A stretch of 64,000 nucleotides of DNA, taken from contig JALMLS010000179.1 in the NCBI GenBank assembly GCA_038496445.1, positions 439,608-503,607 on the forward strand. The letters run 5' to 3'. Below the pieces are notes generated by a model. It saw nothing but the letters and a program-made list of their open reading frames with translations. It made no database searches and was not told where the DNA came from. Both the position numbers and the translations under genes were made by a program. This DNA comes from Trichosphaerium sp. ATCC 40318 (lineage: Eukaryota; Protista; Tubulinea). This document shows positions 35,248 through 48,779 of this stretch, one piece after another; within the stretch, counting starts at the first letter, position 1, and every line of letters begins with the position of its first letter.

Positions 35248-38230
35248 TCAGTAGTTTCCACCATCCAGCTTAGTAGTCCAGTCGTATTTATTCCAGAGTG
35301 GTACTAACTCCTTCATTTGATATATCTCTTGTTCATACGTAAGACGCTCAGGATGCTTCCAACGTTCCTCTTGCATGCCTAGAATACCTCCAATAATGGA
35401 CTATATAAAAATAAGCACTAATCAATCTAAAGAAACAATGGTTGAGACTTACCTTGCCGAAATGTTTAGGCCATTTAATGGGATCCTCTATTTGATGTGC
35501 ATATCCACGTGCAAGCCCAAACTGAACATAAAAGTATGCAAAGTTTGGTGGAATACAACGCCTTATACCCTTTTTTGTAGTATCAATTACTTTAATATGT
35601 GTTGCCCATTTCGATTCTGAATCATTCAAGGCTTTCTATGAACAAGTAAGACAAAGAACATGAATAATAACACAGAAAATCAGAGTTATTCCAATTGAAA
35701 ACAAGTAAAAAGTACAACTTGATGCTTACCTTAAAGTACAAAGGTGCATCCCTAGCAGCTGATCTATCCATAGGTATACATTCTACTACCAAGTGGCGTT
35801 GCCTAGTAATTATATAAGTACATTGAAAGAAAATGAAGATACATTACCATTTGTAATTTGTTACTGTTTCAAAAAATATAACTTCCTTCCCCGATGCGGC
35901 ATACATTCGTGTTACACTTGCCATGAATAACTAGGAAACAATATAAATAAGTGATAAATTAAGAAAAATCCGAAATTGGTAGGAAAGCGGCAAGGTGAAC
36001 CAAAATTGAAGCTGGATAACAGCAACATAGTATTTTAACATCAGGTTTACAACTTGGCACTTTTGGCACCGCTATCAACAATAGTGAATCGACATACCTT
36101 GATCTCGTCCCATATTTCTTGATCAACTGTTGTAATAGAAAGATGATGTTCAAGCGTAGCAATTTGTAAATGTCCAGGTACGAAAAGTCCCTAAAAAACT
36201 TGTTATTACACCGATCAAAACAATCAAATAAATCAATTCAAAATATAAAAATCATACCTTTCCTGTGAGCTTAAGATAAACATGATTTCCTAAACCAAGG
36301 ACCATATGTTTTTCCTTGGCCTGTATTTTGCTCCAACAAAATTGACATTTTTCAAGAACTTGGTCATATTTTTTGGTATCACTAATTGCTTTACGTCTCT
36401 GTCTCTCCTTTGTTTTTTTCTTTTTATTATCCCACTCCTTATGTCCTTGCTCCCACATATCATCTTCTGACATTGTAGTGTATTTATTATTTCTCATAAT
36501 CTGCTCTGCATAAGCAGTATCATAATCTTCTGCTCCACCTCGTTTCTTTATCAAAAAAAGTAAGTTGCTGGATTCGTTTTTGGGTTATATCAGTACCTCT
36601 CTTGCTACAAGGTCATTCAAATCAACATCATCGTTATGATAATATCTTTCTCTTCCTGCACGTGAATGGGTTTCAACCTAGGTAGCTGAGTTAGAAATTA
36701 TAGACGAGGTTAATCAAATGAAGCCAAGACGTACTCTACGCTTTTTCTTCCTTCTATCACCACTATCACTCTCTAGAGACTTCTCTAAAGCAGATCTAGA
36801 GCGCCCTTGTGCGTCTATATCAGGTATAATAACAATTTTTTCGCCAGTTCTTAAACAAAAAGTAAGTCAAAAATAACTATCCAAAAAAAAAAACCACATA
36901 CGAGGTATTTGTCGTTACTACTGCCTTATCTTGTGCTTCCCTCGCTCGAGCTAATTTCTCTTCAAGCTCTTTCTTGAGTTCAGTTTTACCCATAATGTCA
37001 GCCTTCGCTATTTGAGCCACAAGCTTGTTTAAATTTATCTATTTGTTGTCAGTACATAATAAAATACCCCAAAGTTTTGCTTGAGAGCTACGTACAGACA
37101 ACAACTCAGGATCTACTTGCTTAACTGGAGGGGCTTTAATTTCTTTCTCTTCTTTCTTTACATTCCTATCTTCCGTCTCGTAATCACTTCGTGATCTTTT
37201 ACGTCCACCTACAAGCAAACCGTCAGAAAAACAAAAAACAATTTCATTAAAATAAATAAATACCTCTATCAGGAGAACGAGATCTACTACGTCTATCACT
37301 ATCCCGTGGAGGATATCTTCTATCACGCCTATCAGGAGAAGGCGATCGTTGGCGGTTATTTGAAGTCATTTCTCCAGGTCTCATAAAACGACGTGGTGGC
37401 GCTGAACCATGTCCTTCCCTTGATTTATAACCTCTATCATCACTTCTACGATTACTTCTCCTATCTCTTTCATTTCCTTTACGCCAACCACCACGTCTCT
37501 CTGATCTATCAACACGACGCATTGCGTCTTTACCCCATCTATCTTTAGCTGTTCTTTAAAGTCAACGTTATCTTCCTCAGCTTGTTCTCGTGCTCGCCTA
37601 TAATCAAGTTAAAAAACCTTGTACATAAGGGTAATAAAAGGTTGTAAGTAGGTCTACAAAAATACCCACAACGGTTGTATCAATCAATGACACCTTTGGT
37701 GTTTTGAAACATTATTATATTAACAGTTGACACTTACCTTATCGCTGCTCTGCGCCAGTTAGCACCGCCGCTACCGACCATAAATTCATCGTTGGAAATA
37801 TCGTCATTGTCAGTTCCTTGCTCGGCTAATTGAGGAGCATGATAACCAGTAGGTTCAGGCGTAGTATCGTCTAAAAATGAGTTAGTTTTCTGCCGTAAAG
37901 AAAGAAAATGGCAATGCCGTTTTACTATGTGTATGTACGTGCCTTCTTTCTTTGGCAAGGGTTTTTCTCGCTTTGGCACGGATATCATCCAAGCATCACG
38001 TTCCGTTACTTGGTTTTCAGGTCTTTTAGCTTCCTAGTGCAAGAATTAGCGGTTTTAACGTTTTATTGAAATTATCCTCATAGAAATTAATTAGGTACCT
38101 TTGTTTCACTCCCTTTTGTCGGAGAGGACTTGCCACTGCGTCGTTTATGCTTTTTAGATTTATCTTTGCTCTTTTTATGCTTATCCTTGTGTTTATCCTT
38201 GTGACGCTTTTTAGATTCAGATCTAGGCAT
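35248..38230 (-). CDS. CWF19L2: CWF19-like protein 2 (spliceosome disassembly, CwfJ domains)
   Basis: K/R/S-rich N-terminus; CQFC, GHLQI, HLVVECIP, SKWATH.KVIDT, YFYVQFG...GYAHQIED, YDWT C-terminus. Confidence 0.88.
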
Positions 38231-38856
38231 TTTGTTGCGTTAAACACTCTGATTAGCCAACCAACAATATGAAAATAGAAATACTTGGACTTTTGATGCT
38301 TTTTTGCGCTTGCGACGTAGAAATGTTCTGTGAAATCAACAAGTGGCCAACCTGTCGTTTTTGTACAGCGACATACAAAGGGCACGTGGAACATGTATTG
38401 TCTCAGAATACCTATTGTGTCAACTGGTTGTGACGCGTCACTAATAGAAATTTGCACACGTGTTCGAAATTTCGCCTGGTGAATCCAGTGTTATCTAGCG
38501 CGCATGTGTTGTACACTGAACTCCGAGAAAATTTTGAAACAAACTTACGAATATTATCCTTTTCAGCTATACAGCCCATTCTGTATTAATGTACATATTT
38601 TGTAAATATCACGCAATATTATGCAATGCGCGATAATTTGGAGACGTAACAACACTCCGTAGCAAGTGTTTTGTTTTGGACTTTTCGTTTCCACAACTGC
38701 TCGTTTGTTAAACGTACTATGTAACTCTCCGAAAGGATTTTCAGGCAACGCCGGAGCGCACATTAAAGAGGACACATACCTGCTTAACTGGCAACACAAA
38801 AACGGTAGAAAAGCTATTGAAGTAACTCGAACAACATCACCTTATAATCAGCTTAA

Positions 38857-39493
38857 ATGACCCTAGTCCTACGTGTTAAATACCCACCAACCTGGCCAGG
38901 AAGCTTTAAAACTATATGCCTCTTAGAAAGCATTACAGTTCGCAATGCTATTAAGAAAACAGCTGAAATTGCAGGTTGCGTGGATCGCGTTGAATCTAAC
39001 TTTAGCTTCTATGTTGAAGAAGAAGACGTACGCACCGGCTTTATCATTACGCAATTATCCTCAAATACACGTTGTATTACGCATTAGCAGTAATAGGCGT
39101 CCGCGTTAATCGGCCTACTTTTTTCAACAAACCTTCTCCTTGTTTATAAATAATCACGTGATAAAGCTGAAAACAATTCCTGACAATTTGTTTAGATTAC
39201 CCTTGATGCAGATGAGGTTCTATCAGAATATAGTGATCTGTTAGAGTACTGTGACACCGTCGAGGTATGCCAACAAGTGTTTTGTGTGCGTTGTGCCAAA
39301 TCTAACATCAAAAAAGATCAGAGAAATAAAATCAGAAGAAGATGAAGACATCACGCCATTTAAAAGACGCCGAAAAGAACTAAGCGCCAGTGACCCTTGC
39401 AAAAAGCCTAATAGAAAAAAGAAGTGGCGTAAGAGTATAAGAAAAATGCTACGAGCCCGAGACGCGACAAAACTGCGAATGACAACTGTTTAA
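38857..39493 (+). CDS. Small protein with ubiquitin-like/FERM-F0-type N-terminus and basic tail
   Basis: LVLRVKYP....FKTI.L...TV..AI; ITLDADEVLSEY; three exons in frame. Confidence 0.45.
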
Positions 39494-39708
39494 AAAAAGC
39501 GAAAAACCTTCTGTACATAAATAAACTCTGTATATAAATATAAATGTTCCTGTACGTTACCACGAGTCACTCATTGGCACAAAATTATCTGGTTGAGTAT
39601 CAATTTGTGAAGACTTTTTTCAATGCAAGTCAGTTTTTTGTGACGATCTCATGAACCGTTAAAACTTCGCTGTTACAAGACAAGAGACGGTAGTGACATT
39701 ACCTGATT

Positions 39709-41266
39709 ATGGGACAGTCCCAAGGGAACACTGGTGGCACCAGAGATGGTTCTAGTGGCGTTAATAGAAACAAAAAGAAAAAACCTACAAAATCTAACTA
39801 TAGTGGCATGCTTATTGGTCAAGCACTCGGTGATAGCCTTGGATTTCTTGTAGAAGGCGATTCAGCTTCAAATTGTCAAAAATTCTTAAAAACTACCTTG
39901 GCGTCATGCCTTATGCGCGGTTAGTAATGTAAGCACCTTTTATTGCTAAATTCCGTCAGAAGATTATACAAAACTTGAATCGCTTGCGTCAATTAAAACG
40001 TTCACTGTGGGACAATACAGTGATGACACACAAATGACCAGAGAATTATTAGCGTCTATAAACACACTAAGGCGTTAAATCTGCTTTTGTGTAACTGCAT
40101 TCTGTGAAGTTCTAACAATGTCACATAGACATTTGATCCTGTAGACTATGCCAACAGACTAGCTTTATTAAGCAAGAATAGTCTTATTGTTGGATGTGGT
40201 TTGGCTACAGCAAAGGCTATGGCACGTATTAATAGAGGTGTATCTTGGGACGAAGGTACCTTCAGTACAAATATCACGTGCCTAAGAAATTAATTTATAG
40301 CTGGTTGCCCTGATGGCCAATGTGGTAATGGTACAGCAATTCGTGCTGGCCCTATTGGACTCTTTTTTGAAAATAATCTTGAACGGCTTGTAGAGACTGC
40401 AAAAAAGCAAGTGAGTGAAGACAATCTCAATTCCTACTACTTTTTTTTTCTAACAATTGGCTATTAGGCAATCATAACCCATAAAGGTACCTTCCATTTG
40501 AAGTTTACATACAGCTAAAATTACATAAGATATAAGATGTCAAGCTGGTTCAGTAGCTATGGCTATGGGCGTAGCAGTGTGTATCACTTACGAGAGCTTA
40601 ACACCGTCTTTTTTTTGTAAAACCGTTGGTACACTTTTGTTGAAAATAGTGTTGAACGTCACCTGACTGAAACACTTATAGGAGACGTTGTTTATAACGT
40701 TCATAAAGAATTTGGAACAGAAATCAGAAACCTTGCAAATATTTACACAACACGTGCTAGTGTAGCAGTGAAGGAATTAGGCAAAAAGGGTAATACTTAT
40801 TTTACTCTTTGGTGTTAAATTGTTGCTTTTGAAAGGAATGGATTTTGATGATGGATCTACTGGTGTTTCAGGGTTTGTTATGTCATCCGTGCTGTGGTCT
40901 TTTTATTCTTTCATGACGCATATGGATGACTACTATGATTGCTTACGCACGGCCATCGCCGCCGGAGGAGACACAGATTCAACAGGTACAGTGACTAGTC
41001 TATTACTTTACTCACCTTGTTTAAAGCTGCAATGGCTGGCGCACTTTCAGGAGCTTACCTTGGTATAGAAGGGGTTCTTAAAGAAAGTAGACTACCAGAG
41101 AGGGTGAACGATAAGGGTACCTTGCCATTTTATTTCAACATTTGGTTGTTTAATTATTCTTTTAGGATTATGGGATTTCAAAGCTCTAACGACGCTTGCG
41201 CATGGCGTATTTGATCTAAAAGTAGAAGAAACGGAGCCAATAGAGGAAGATACTAAAAAGCAATGA
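39709..41266 (+). CDS. ADP-ribosylglycohydrolase (DraG/ARH3 family), N-myristoylation-like start
   Basis: GQALGDSLGFLVEG, GQYSDDTQM, GNGTAIRAGPIG, AIAAGGDTDST/AAMAGALSGA; many introns; one apparent 1-nt frameshift near 40060. Confidence 0.9.
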
Positions 41267-41446
41267 CTTGGGAGGCTTGTAAGTTAATGTAAATAAAAGC
41301 AATGTCAGTATACGTCTCGACTATTTCGGGTAGTACATTGATTGTACTTGTTAGAATTTTTTCAAAAAGAACGTTAAGTTAGTTGCACACTTACCAAAAT
41401 AATTATAGCCGTTACAACACTACAGCGTCTCAAAATACTTGTTTTT

Positions 41447-42196
41447 ATGGAGAAACGTACCAGAGATCATATAAACGCCAATGACGCCACAATTACGTCA
41501 CTTCCAAACGAAATTGTTATTGAAATACTGCAAATGCTCCCATTAGAGTCAATAGGCTCACTGTGTAACGCAAACAAACAATTACAAAAGCTATTTTCAT
41601 CAGAGACACTGTGGATGTATTTGGCGCACTTTGAGTGTCCGTGTATAGAGTCTCTTGACGAAGTAGACGCAGATACATGGAAAAGCTTTTTTATCTCCCT
41701 ACTTGACTTCACCTGCCGTATCTGCAGCGAAGTGAATCCCTTTAAGGACAGTGTAATATGTGGATGTGGTCACTACGTTTGCTACCCACTATGCAGCGCT
41801 TGGGACGACCTTACATGTAATTCTTGTGACAAAACATTTTATTGCAGCTGTACTCACAAAGATCCTGAAAGATTCGGAGACAGAAAATATCAACAATGTG
41901 CTACTTGTCAAAACTATGTTTGTAGAAAATGCTATTTGAAATGGTATATCTATCACGATAAGGGTAAGGATATCTTTCGTTGTGCTCATTGCAATGTGCA
42001 GTTGAACAGAGTGCATAGTTGTATGTGTACTAAGTGCCAGTACGAAGTTGAAGTAAGAGGCAAGGTGCTTGATGTTTGTTGCGACAAGTGCGTTGTACCA
42101 GACAAGGAATCTATCCACCCAAAGCAATTCATAACCAATTGGTTCAAGCCATGTAAAGAGACAAACACCAGCGATAACGCAATTGAAATAAAATAA
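41447..42196 (+). CDS. Intronless F-box + Cys-rich protein, paralog 2
   Basis: SLPNEIVIEILQMLP F-box; CxxC clusters; shares MEKR.RD, TCNSCD.TFYC and CCDKC with paralog 1. Confidence 0.82.
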   Translation: MEKRTRDHINANDATITSLPNEIVIEILQMLPLESIGSLCNANKQLQKLFSSETLWMYLAHFECPCIESLDEVDADTWKSFFISLLDFTCRICSEVNPFKDSVICGCGHYVCYPLCSAWDDLTCNSCDKTFYCSCTHKDPERFGDRKYQQCATCQNYVCRKCYLKWYIYHDKGKDIFRCAHCNVQLNRVHSCMCTKCQYEVEVRGKVLDVCCDKCVVPDKESIHPKQFITNWFKPCKETNTSDNAIEIK

Positions 42197-42764
42197 AGCT
42201 TGTTCAGACAGAAACATGGTTCTTGTATTTTTTTTATCGCGTTTTTTTCCGTTTTGTTGATTCCAGTCACTAGTGAACAAAAATCTATCACGACGACACC
42301 CAGCCTTTATACAACTGGTCCCTTTTCTGACTAATAGTCAATACCAGAAGGTCACACTGTACATGCTGCTGTACGGACAACTTACTAAAAAACATGAAGG
42401 GAAAAAAAAAAAAAGAATAAAGACAAGAATGCGTTTAAACTGTCAGGTTGCGATTTAGTATTACAATACCCACATGCCAGGTTTACAAAGCAATCAATCA
42501 AATCATCATTTTGCCCATATTATTATAGAAATAATATATATGTGTTGTGTAAAGGAGAAGAACATACAGGGTAAAAAACACAAACACAAAAACAAAATGA
42601 TCGAAAAGAAAAATTAAAAAAAACACGTGAGGTAAAATTGAGATGCTCTCGACTGCCGTCACACACAGTCTTTATGGCCATTTAAGCGTTGATTCATGTA
42701 CATAACCAACCAACGCAAAAATAACTATTGCAAGCATAACATAATACAAAATCTGTCCTGCTAG

Positions 42765-45700
42765 TCATGCGAACATTTTACCAAATGCTGACCTTTTCTT
42801 CTTTCTTTCTACTGCTGCATAGTGTTCTACACGTGCAAGGAGCTTTGGTACCTCTTTATTAGAAGGCTGAAGCTTTTTAGCTTTGACCAAATCCTTCTTT
42901 GCCAGTTTGTAATCTTTTGTCTGAAAGTAAGCTTGTGCGCGTCTGTAAAGTGCTTTGATATTCTTTCCATCAATCTCAAGTGCGCTAGTACCATTTTCAA
43001 TAACTTTTTGTGGTGCTTTAAGCTTCAAATAGCATGCTGATAGGTTAAGATGACAAGATAATTTTAAGGCCTTGACTGTTTCTTTCTCTTCATCTGAAAG
43101 ATTATCAAAATCTTTAAGAAGCGCCAAAGCTTGTGTGTATCTTCTCGATGCTCCAGGGAAATCAAGGTCAACCCATAGTTTATTACCTACAAACAAAGGA
43201 TTAAGCTCAAAGAAGACAAAATAACGAGAGGTTCAAGTAAAAAAGAATCTGTAAAACTTACCGTGTTGTTTTCTAGATTTTGCTAGTTTTAGTTTTTCTT
43301 GCTTCGATTTTGGTCTGTCCTACATTTTACGCCATTAGTGTATCTCGATAGCCGAGTATTAAATAATGAAAGATTGTATAGATACCTTTGATAATGAAGC
43401 GACAGGTACATGTTCAGCTGCAGCGGCTGCAGCAATTTCTTTTTCAATTACAATCTCTTCTCGTCTTTTAAAAAGTTTTGGGACGAGCTCACGACATTTT
43501 GTGTCAAATTCTGAGTATTTTGTCTTGTATGTATCTAAATCTACATCTTCATAATCTTCAAGCCAATAAGTAAGTGTTTTAATCTCCTCAAGGAACTCGT
43601 TCTTCTTTTCCTAAAAAATTCTCGTTTTAGTGGTTGGGTGTTTTACAGAGCAACTCGGGAGGACCGCATCAAACTGCGATCACTTTTCGCTCTTATAGAT
43701 ACGTACTGCATCATCAAAATACTGAGAGAACTTTGGGTCACTTGCATTATCCTTCAATTCAAAGGCGTATGTCTCGAGTTTGTTTTTCAACTGGTTTGTC
43801 TCTTCCAAGATTTTATCCAAAGCATCCATTTCTGCCTCCTCGGCAATACATGCCTACAAAAACATATAAATTAGCCTCAATAGCAACAAACAGAAAAAAT
43901 TATGCAAGTAAAACTAAACGGACATAGTACCTCGCATTGCTCAACTGTAATGCCAGTTTTGTTTATCTCTTCCATTGTGTCTTCACGAACAAATGTAACA
44001 TTGTAGTCGAATCCAAAATTAGGAGTGCGAATAGCACCCAAAGATGCAGTACCCTGCGCAATAGCTAGAGAAGAATCTAAGGTATGTGACATACGGGCCT
44101 GGTTAAACGATCTTGCAAGAACCTAGAGAAATTTTAAATTCAACCATGGCACAAAAAAAATTAAACAAAAATAAAAAGTGAGTTATCTCATACGTTATCA
44201 ACACATGGCATTCTTGTTCCTCCACCAATCGTTTCAACAAGGGTAATGTCCTCCTTTGGTACCGCACAAGCATCCAATAATTCCTTTACGCACTTTTCAA
44301 GAGTTTCCAAGTGTCCCTTGCACATGGACTCTAAAGCAACTCTAAAAGAAAAATGTGAGTGGTTACTTAGTTTTTTTTTCAATGAATGCAATTTTAGACA
44401 TATTTCAGTCTACTTCAACGTACTTCGTAATAGGGATAGTAATATCGCGCTCTGGTGTTGAAAAGACAAAATTGGTGCTGTTGATGGTACTAAGAACCTT
44501 TTTTGTTTTCTCACAAGCGACTTTGAGTCGTGACTGATATTTAACATTTGAGGAAACATCTACTTTATGTTTCTCTTTCAAAAGCGCTTCAAAATGAGTA
44601 TAAAGACATTTATCAAAATCACGACCACCAATAGCTGCAGAAGACTCTGCAATGACTTTAGCAGATCCTTGAGTAAGCTCTGCAACAGCCATGTTCGTAG
44701 AGGCATCACCCTATGACTAAAGTAAGCCTTATCCAACTAAAACCCAAAAAAAAAAGTGTAGATTCCGCGACATCTCTTACCACGTCAACAAATCCGAAGA
44801 CGCCCTTAAAGTCCTTGTTATCAGTAGGATGTTTTAATCCATATAATGCAACAACACTAGCAATTTCTGGTACAACATCAACCTAATAAACATTAAGAAA
44901 CCATAAAACAAGCAAAAAAAAACTTCGTACAACTTCCATTCCTGCGATCTTTGCACTGTCCAATAATGCCTTTGTTTGAGATTTAGAGAACCCCAATGGA
45001 ACAGACAATACAACGTGGTTAACTGCAACGCCCATTTTGTCCGTTACAAATACTTGTAACCGCTTAAAGAGAATAGCCAATAATTGTTCTGGGCGCATTT
45101 TTTTTTCGTTACCACAGTACTTTACTGTTACAAGAGGGCGTCCATCGTCTATGTGGTTACTGTAAGCATGACGTATAGAATAAAATGTATTTTTATCTAA
45201 AAATACAATGCGTACCGCCTTTAGTTACTACAGCACCGAAAGTATCGTCTTTTACCTCATCATACGTCTTACCAATGAGTCTTTTTAGTGATGTGACGGA
45301 ATTTAAGGGATCATAAGAGGCCTATTTGGTTGTTAATTAATTACGGCCTTACAAAAATACTCCTTCATACGCGAGATAGTGCATCGGCTCCAGCTAAGCG
45401 ATATTAGAAAGGCGGGACAATAGTAAGTTGTTACGTGCTTAAAATGACGTACCCAAGCGTTGTTTGTTGTTGAAGCTTACAACAGATGGCGTGGTGTGTT
45501 TAGAAATGTTATTTGGAATAACCACAGGGATTGAGCCTGATTCAGATGCGACGGCCAAACTAACACTCTGGTTGCCAAAGTCAATACCCAACAAGTGTGG
45601 GAATGCAGGCTTTGGTTTTTCTTGAGTTGGCTTTTTCTTTGCGCCCTCAATATCGTCCATAGTATTATCTACTTCCTCTACGTTGCTTTCCGCGGTTGTA

Positions 45701-45786
45701 GGCACAGAACCGTCCTTAACCTGTAGGACGTCAGCTACGGAGCATTGCTAACGAGTGTAATGCACCTCCTTGTTCTCAGAGCTCAT
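42765..45786 (-). CDS. Hsp110/Hsp70-family ATPase domain fused to a C-terminal TPR domain
   Basis: GIDFGNQS, TPSVVSF, GGRDFD, ETIGGGTRMP, KNKLETY; then a Cyp40/FKBP-type TPR (HLNLSACYLK, KALYRRAQA). Confidence 0.85.
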
Positions 45787-46211
45787 GCTTTGTGTTGTGG
45801 ATGCTAGTTAACTAAACAGAAAAATTGGTAAGATGAGTTCAAACAAAATAGACCGACTTTGATCGGTAGTTGTTATTTATACGCGCTGAGGACTGCTTTG
45901 GAGAGAAAGCTTCAAGTGTCAAAATCAAAGACCCACACATGTTGACGTCCAATATACGCTTGCACGCCATCATAGAACACATAGTAACGTAGTACACTTC
46001 AAATGTATCAGAATTCGCTCAAAACCACAACTTTGTCTGTGGCTGCCAAACGACTCTAAGTGTAATACCTACGCTTATTGGAGCATTAAAAATAGCTGTC
46101 CAGCAAGTAGTAAAGCGCAAAAAACGGTAATTTTCATTCAGTTTTCAAGCTAATATTTTTCCACAGGTTTTCTTTTTGTACAAACACTAGGGCACTGAAA
46201 CACACGTTACT

Positions 46212-48591
46212 ATGTCTCAATTTTTGGTACGAAAGCGCGTTTAGACGCTTATAAACCGCAACAGGTAACTTACACTCGCTTTTTAGAATCCAGGCATTAT
46301 TCTATTGAAAGAAGGCACTGAGCAGCTTCAAGGCATACCTCACGTCGTCGGAAACATAAATGCATGTGAGGCACTTGTAGATACGATAAAAACGACTCTC
46401 GGTCCATGTGGGATGGATAAATTGATATACGGACAAAATAACGACGTAACCATTTCAAACGATGGCGCTACAATCATGAAAAAGCTTGATATTGTTCACC
46501 CAGCCGCTAAGACCCTAGTTGAGATTGCAAAGTCCCAAGACGACGAGGTACGCCACCAAATAATTTATTTATGCTGTCAAAAGCGTCTTTGGCACTGCTA
46601 CAGAAAATTTTCGTTGTTGCGCCAAATTCTTTCGCAGGACCACAAATTTTTTGTACCTAAACATCTCTTTAGGTTGGCGATGGTACCACGTCCGTCGTTA
46701 TCATTGCAGGTAAATATGACACGAGCTGAAACGCCGCTAAACTTTTTTTTAAAGGCTCTTTGTTGTCCAACATCAAAAAATTCTTGGAGGATAAAATGTC
46801 ACCACAAGTTATCATTCGCGCATACAGAAAGGCTTGTGATCTCGCGAAAAAAAGAATTAAAGAGTTGGCTGTACCAATCGACAAAAAAGACCCAAAGTAC
46901 GTTTCCTGGCGCTTATTAGAACCTCCTCGTAGCGTCATATCGCTGAGTAGTCGCTAAAACGAAAATAATTGTTCACGATTCACCTCTGATGCGCTTTCAC
47001 CAGGAAATTCAGAGAGATGTTGATTAATTGCGCTGCAACTGCTCTAAACTCCAAACTTGTTTCTACTCAACGTGAATTTTTTGCCGAAATGATTGTTGAC
47101 GCCGTAATGAAGCTTGGTGTCGATTTGGACCTTGACATGGTCGGTGTCAAAAAAGAGACTGGTGGTTCCCTCACAGTACGCGAAAAAGGCTGCTACAACG
47201 TTCTGATAATTAATATTTTTTAAACAGGACTCTTTCCTTGTAGACGGTGTTGCGTTTAAAAAGACATTCGCATACGCTGGTTTTGAAGGTAAGGAAATGA
47301 CTATTTATTAATTCAGGCGTTTACTTCTATCTAGAGCAACCAAAACAATTCAAAGACCCAAAAATCTTGTTGCTTAATGTTGAACTTGAGCTAAAGAACG
47401 AGAAGGATAACGCTCGTGTTGAAATCGAAAACCCAGAAGTACGTTTTTTGGATTTTTCTTTTTTTTTTATTTTATCAAGTGAATTGAGGTGTTTTTGCTT
47501 ACTGGTGCTCTTATAGGACTACCAAGATATTGTTAACGCTGAATGGGAAATTATCTACGAGAAATTAGATAACTGCATCAAGAGCGGCGCTCAAATTGTT
47601 CTCTCCAGACTCGCTATTGGTGATTTGGCTACTCAATACTTTGCTGATCGTGGCGTTTTCTGTGCTGGACGTGTACCTGCTGAGGATCTCAAACGTGTGT
47701 CTAAAGCTACTGGTGGTAAAATCCAGGCTACATGCAACAATATTCCTAAGGATGGTACGTTAAAATGATCTTGAAGCTAAAGTTTTGAAGAATTTTTTTC
47801 TTTTTGAGTTTCACCGTCTTATATCTTTGTAGCTATGGGTACCTGTGGTTTATTTGAAGAGCGTCAAGTTGGTAAAGAGCGATACAACATCTTTACTGAG
47901 GCTCCTGAATCTAAAACAGCCACACTAGTCCTCAGAGGTACTTTTTTTTTTGAACAGAAATTAAATATTAAAAATGTTGCAAATCTAACATGGTAACAGG
48001 CGGTGGTGAAGAGTTTGTTGAAGAGGCTGCTAGGTCTCTACATGATTCCATCATGGTTGTCCGTCGTGCTGTAAAGCACAGTGACGTTGTAGCCGGTGGT
48101 GGTGCCATCGAGATGGAAATCTCTAAATACCTTTTGGAATACGCACTTACCCTCAAGGATAAACAACAATTGATTATTGCTGAGTTCGGTCAAGCTCTTG
48201 AAGCTATTCCTCGCCAACTTGCAATCAACTCAGGATACGACTCCACACTCATCATGAACCATTTGAGAAAGAAGCACCAAGAACCTGGTACGTCTAACCA
48301 ACGCTTTCAAATGTACAAAAACAGGTGTACTAACGGTTATAAATGTTTAGAAGGTCAATGGTTCGGTGTTGATGTAAACAAAGGGTTTATCGCCGATATG
48401 TACAAAGATTTCGTGTGGGAACCTGCTCTCATTAGATTAAACGCTATAACTGCCGCTACAGAGGTTCGTCTACAAATTTTTTGTTCATCAAATATTCTTA
48501 GTTTTCGATTATTTATGTTTGTATTTAGGCCGCATGTGTCATTCTTTCAATTGACCAGACCGTAAAGTCCCAACCAAAACAACAACAGTAA
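46212..48591 (+). CDS. CCT7: Chaperonin CCT subunit eta
   Basis: [75 protein letters not shown]. Confidence 0.93.
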
Positions 48592-48779
48592 TTATAAAAA
48601 AAAATAATGCTCGTAAACAGTCTAGTTTGTTCAGTCTAATTTGGTCTTGTGATTCTTATGTTGTAAGTGTACAAGTTTACTTAGCGAAAAAGAGTACCGA
48701 AAAATTTTTAGCTGTTGAAAAAACCATGAATTTTCTATTCTTGTTGTACCGTCAATTGTACTCAAAGCTACGCATCAAC

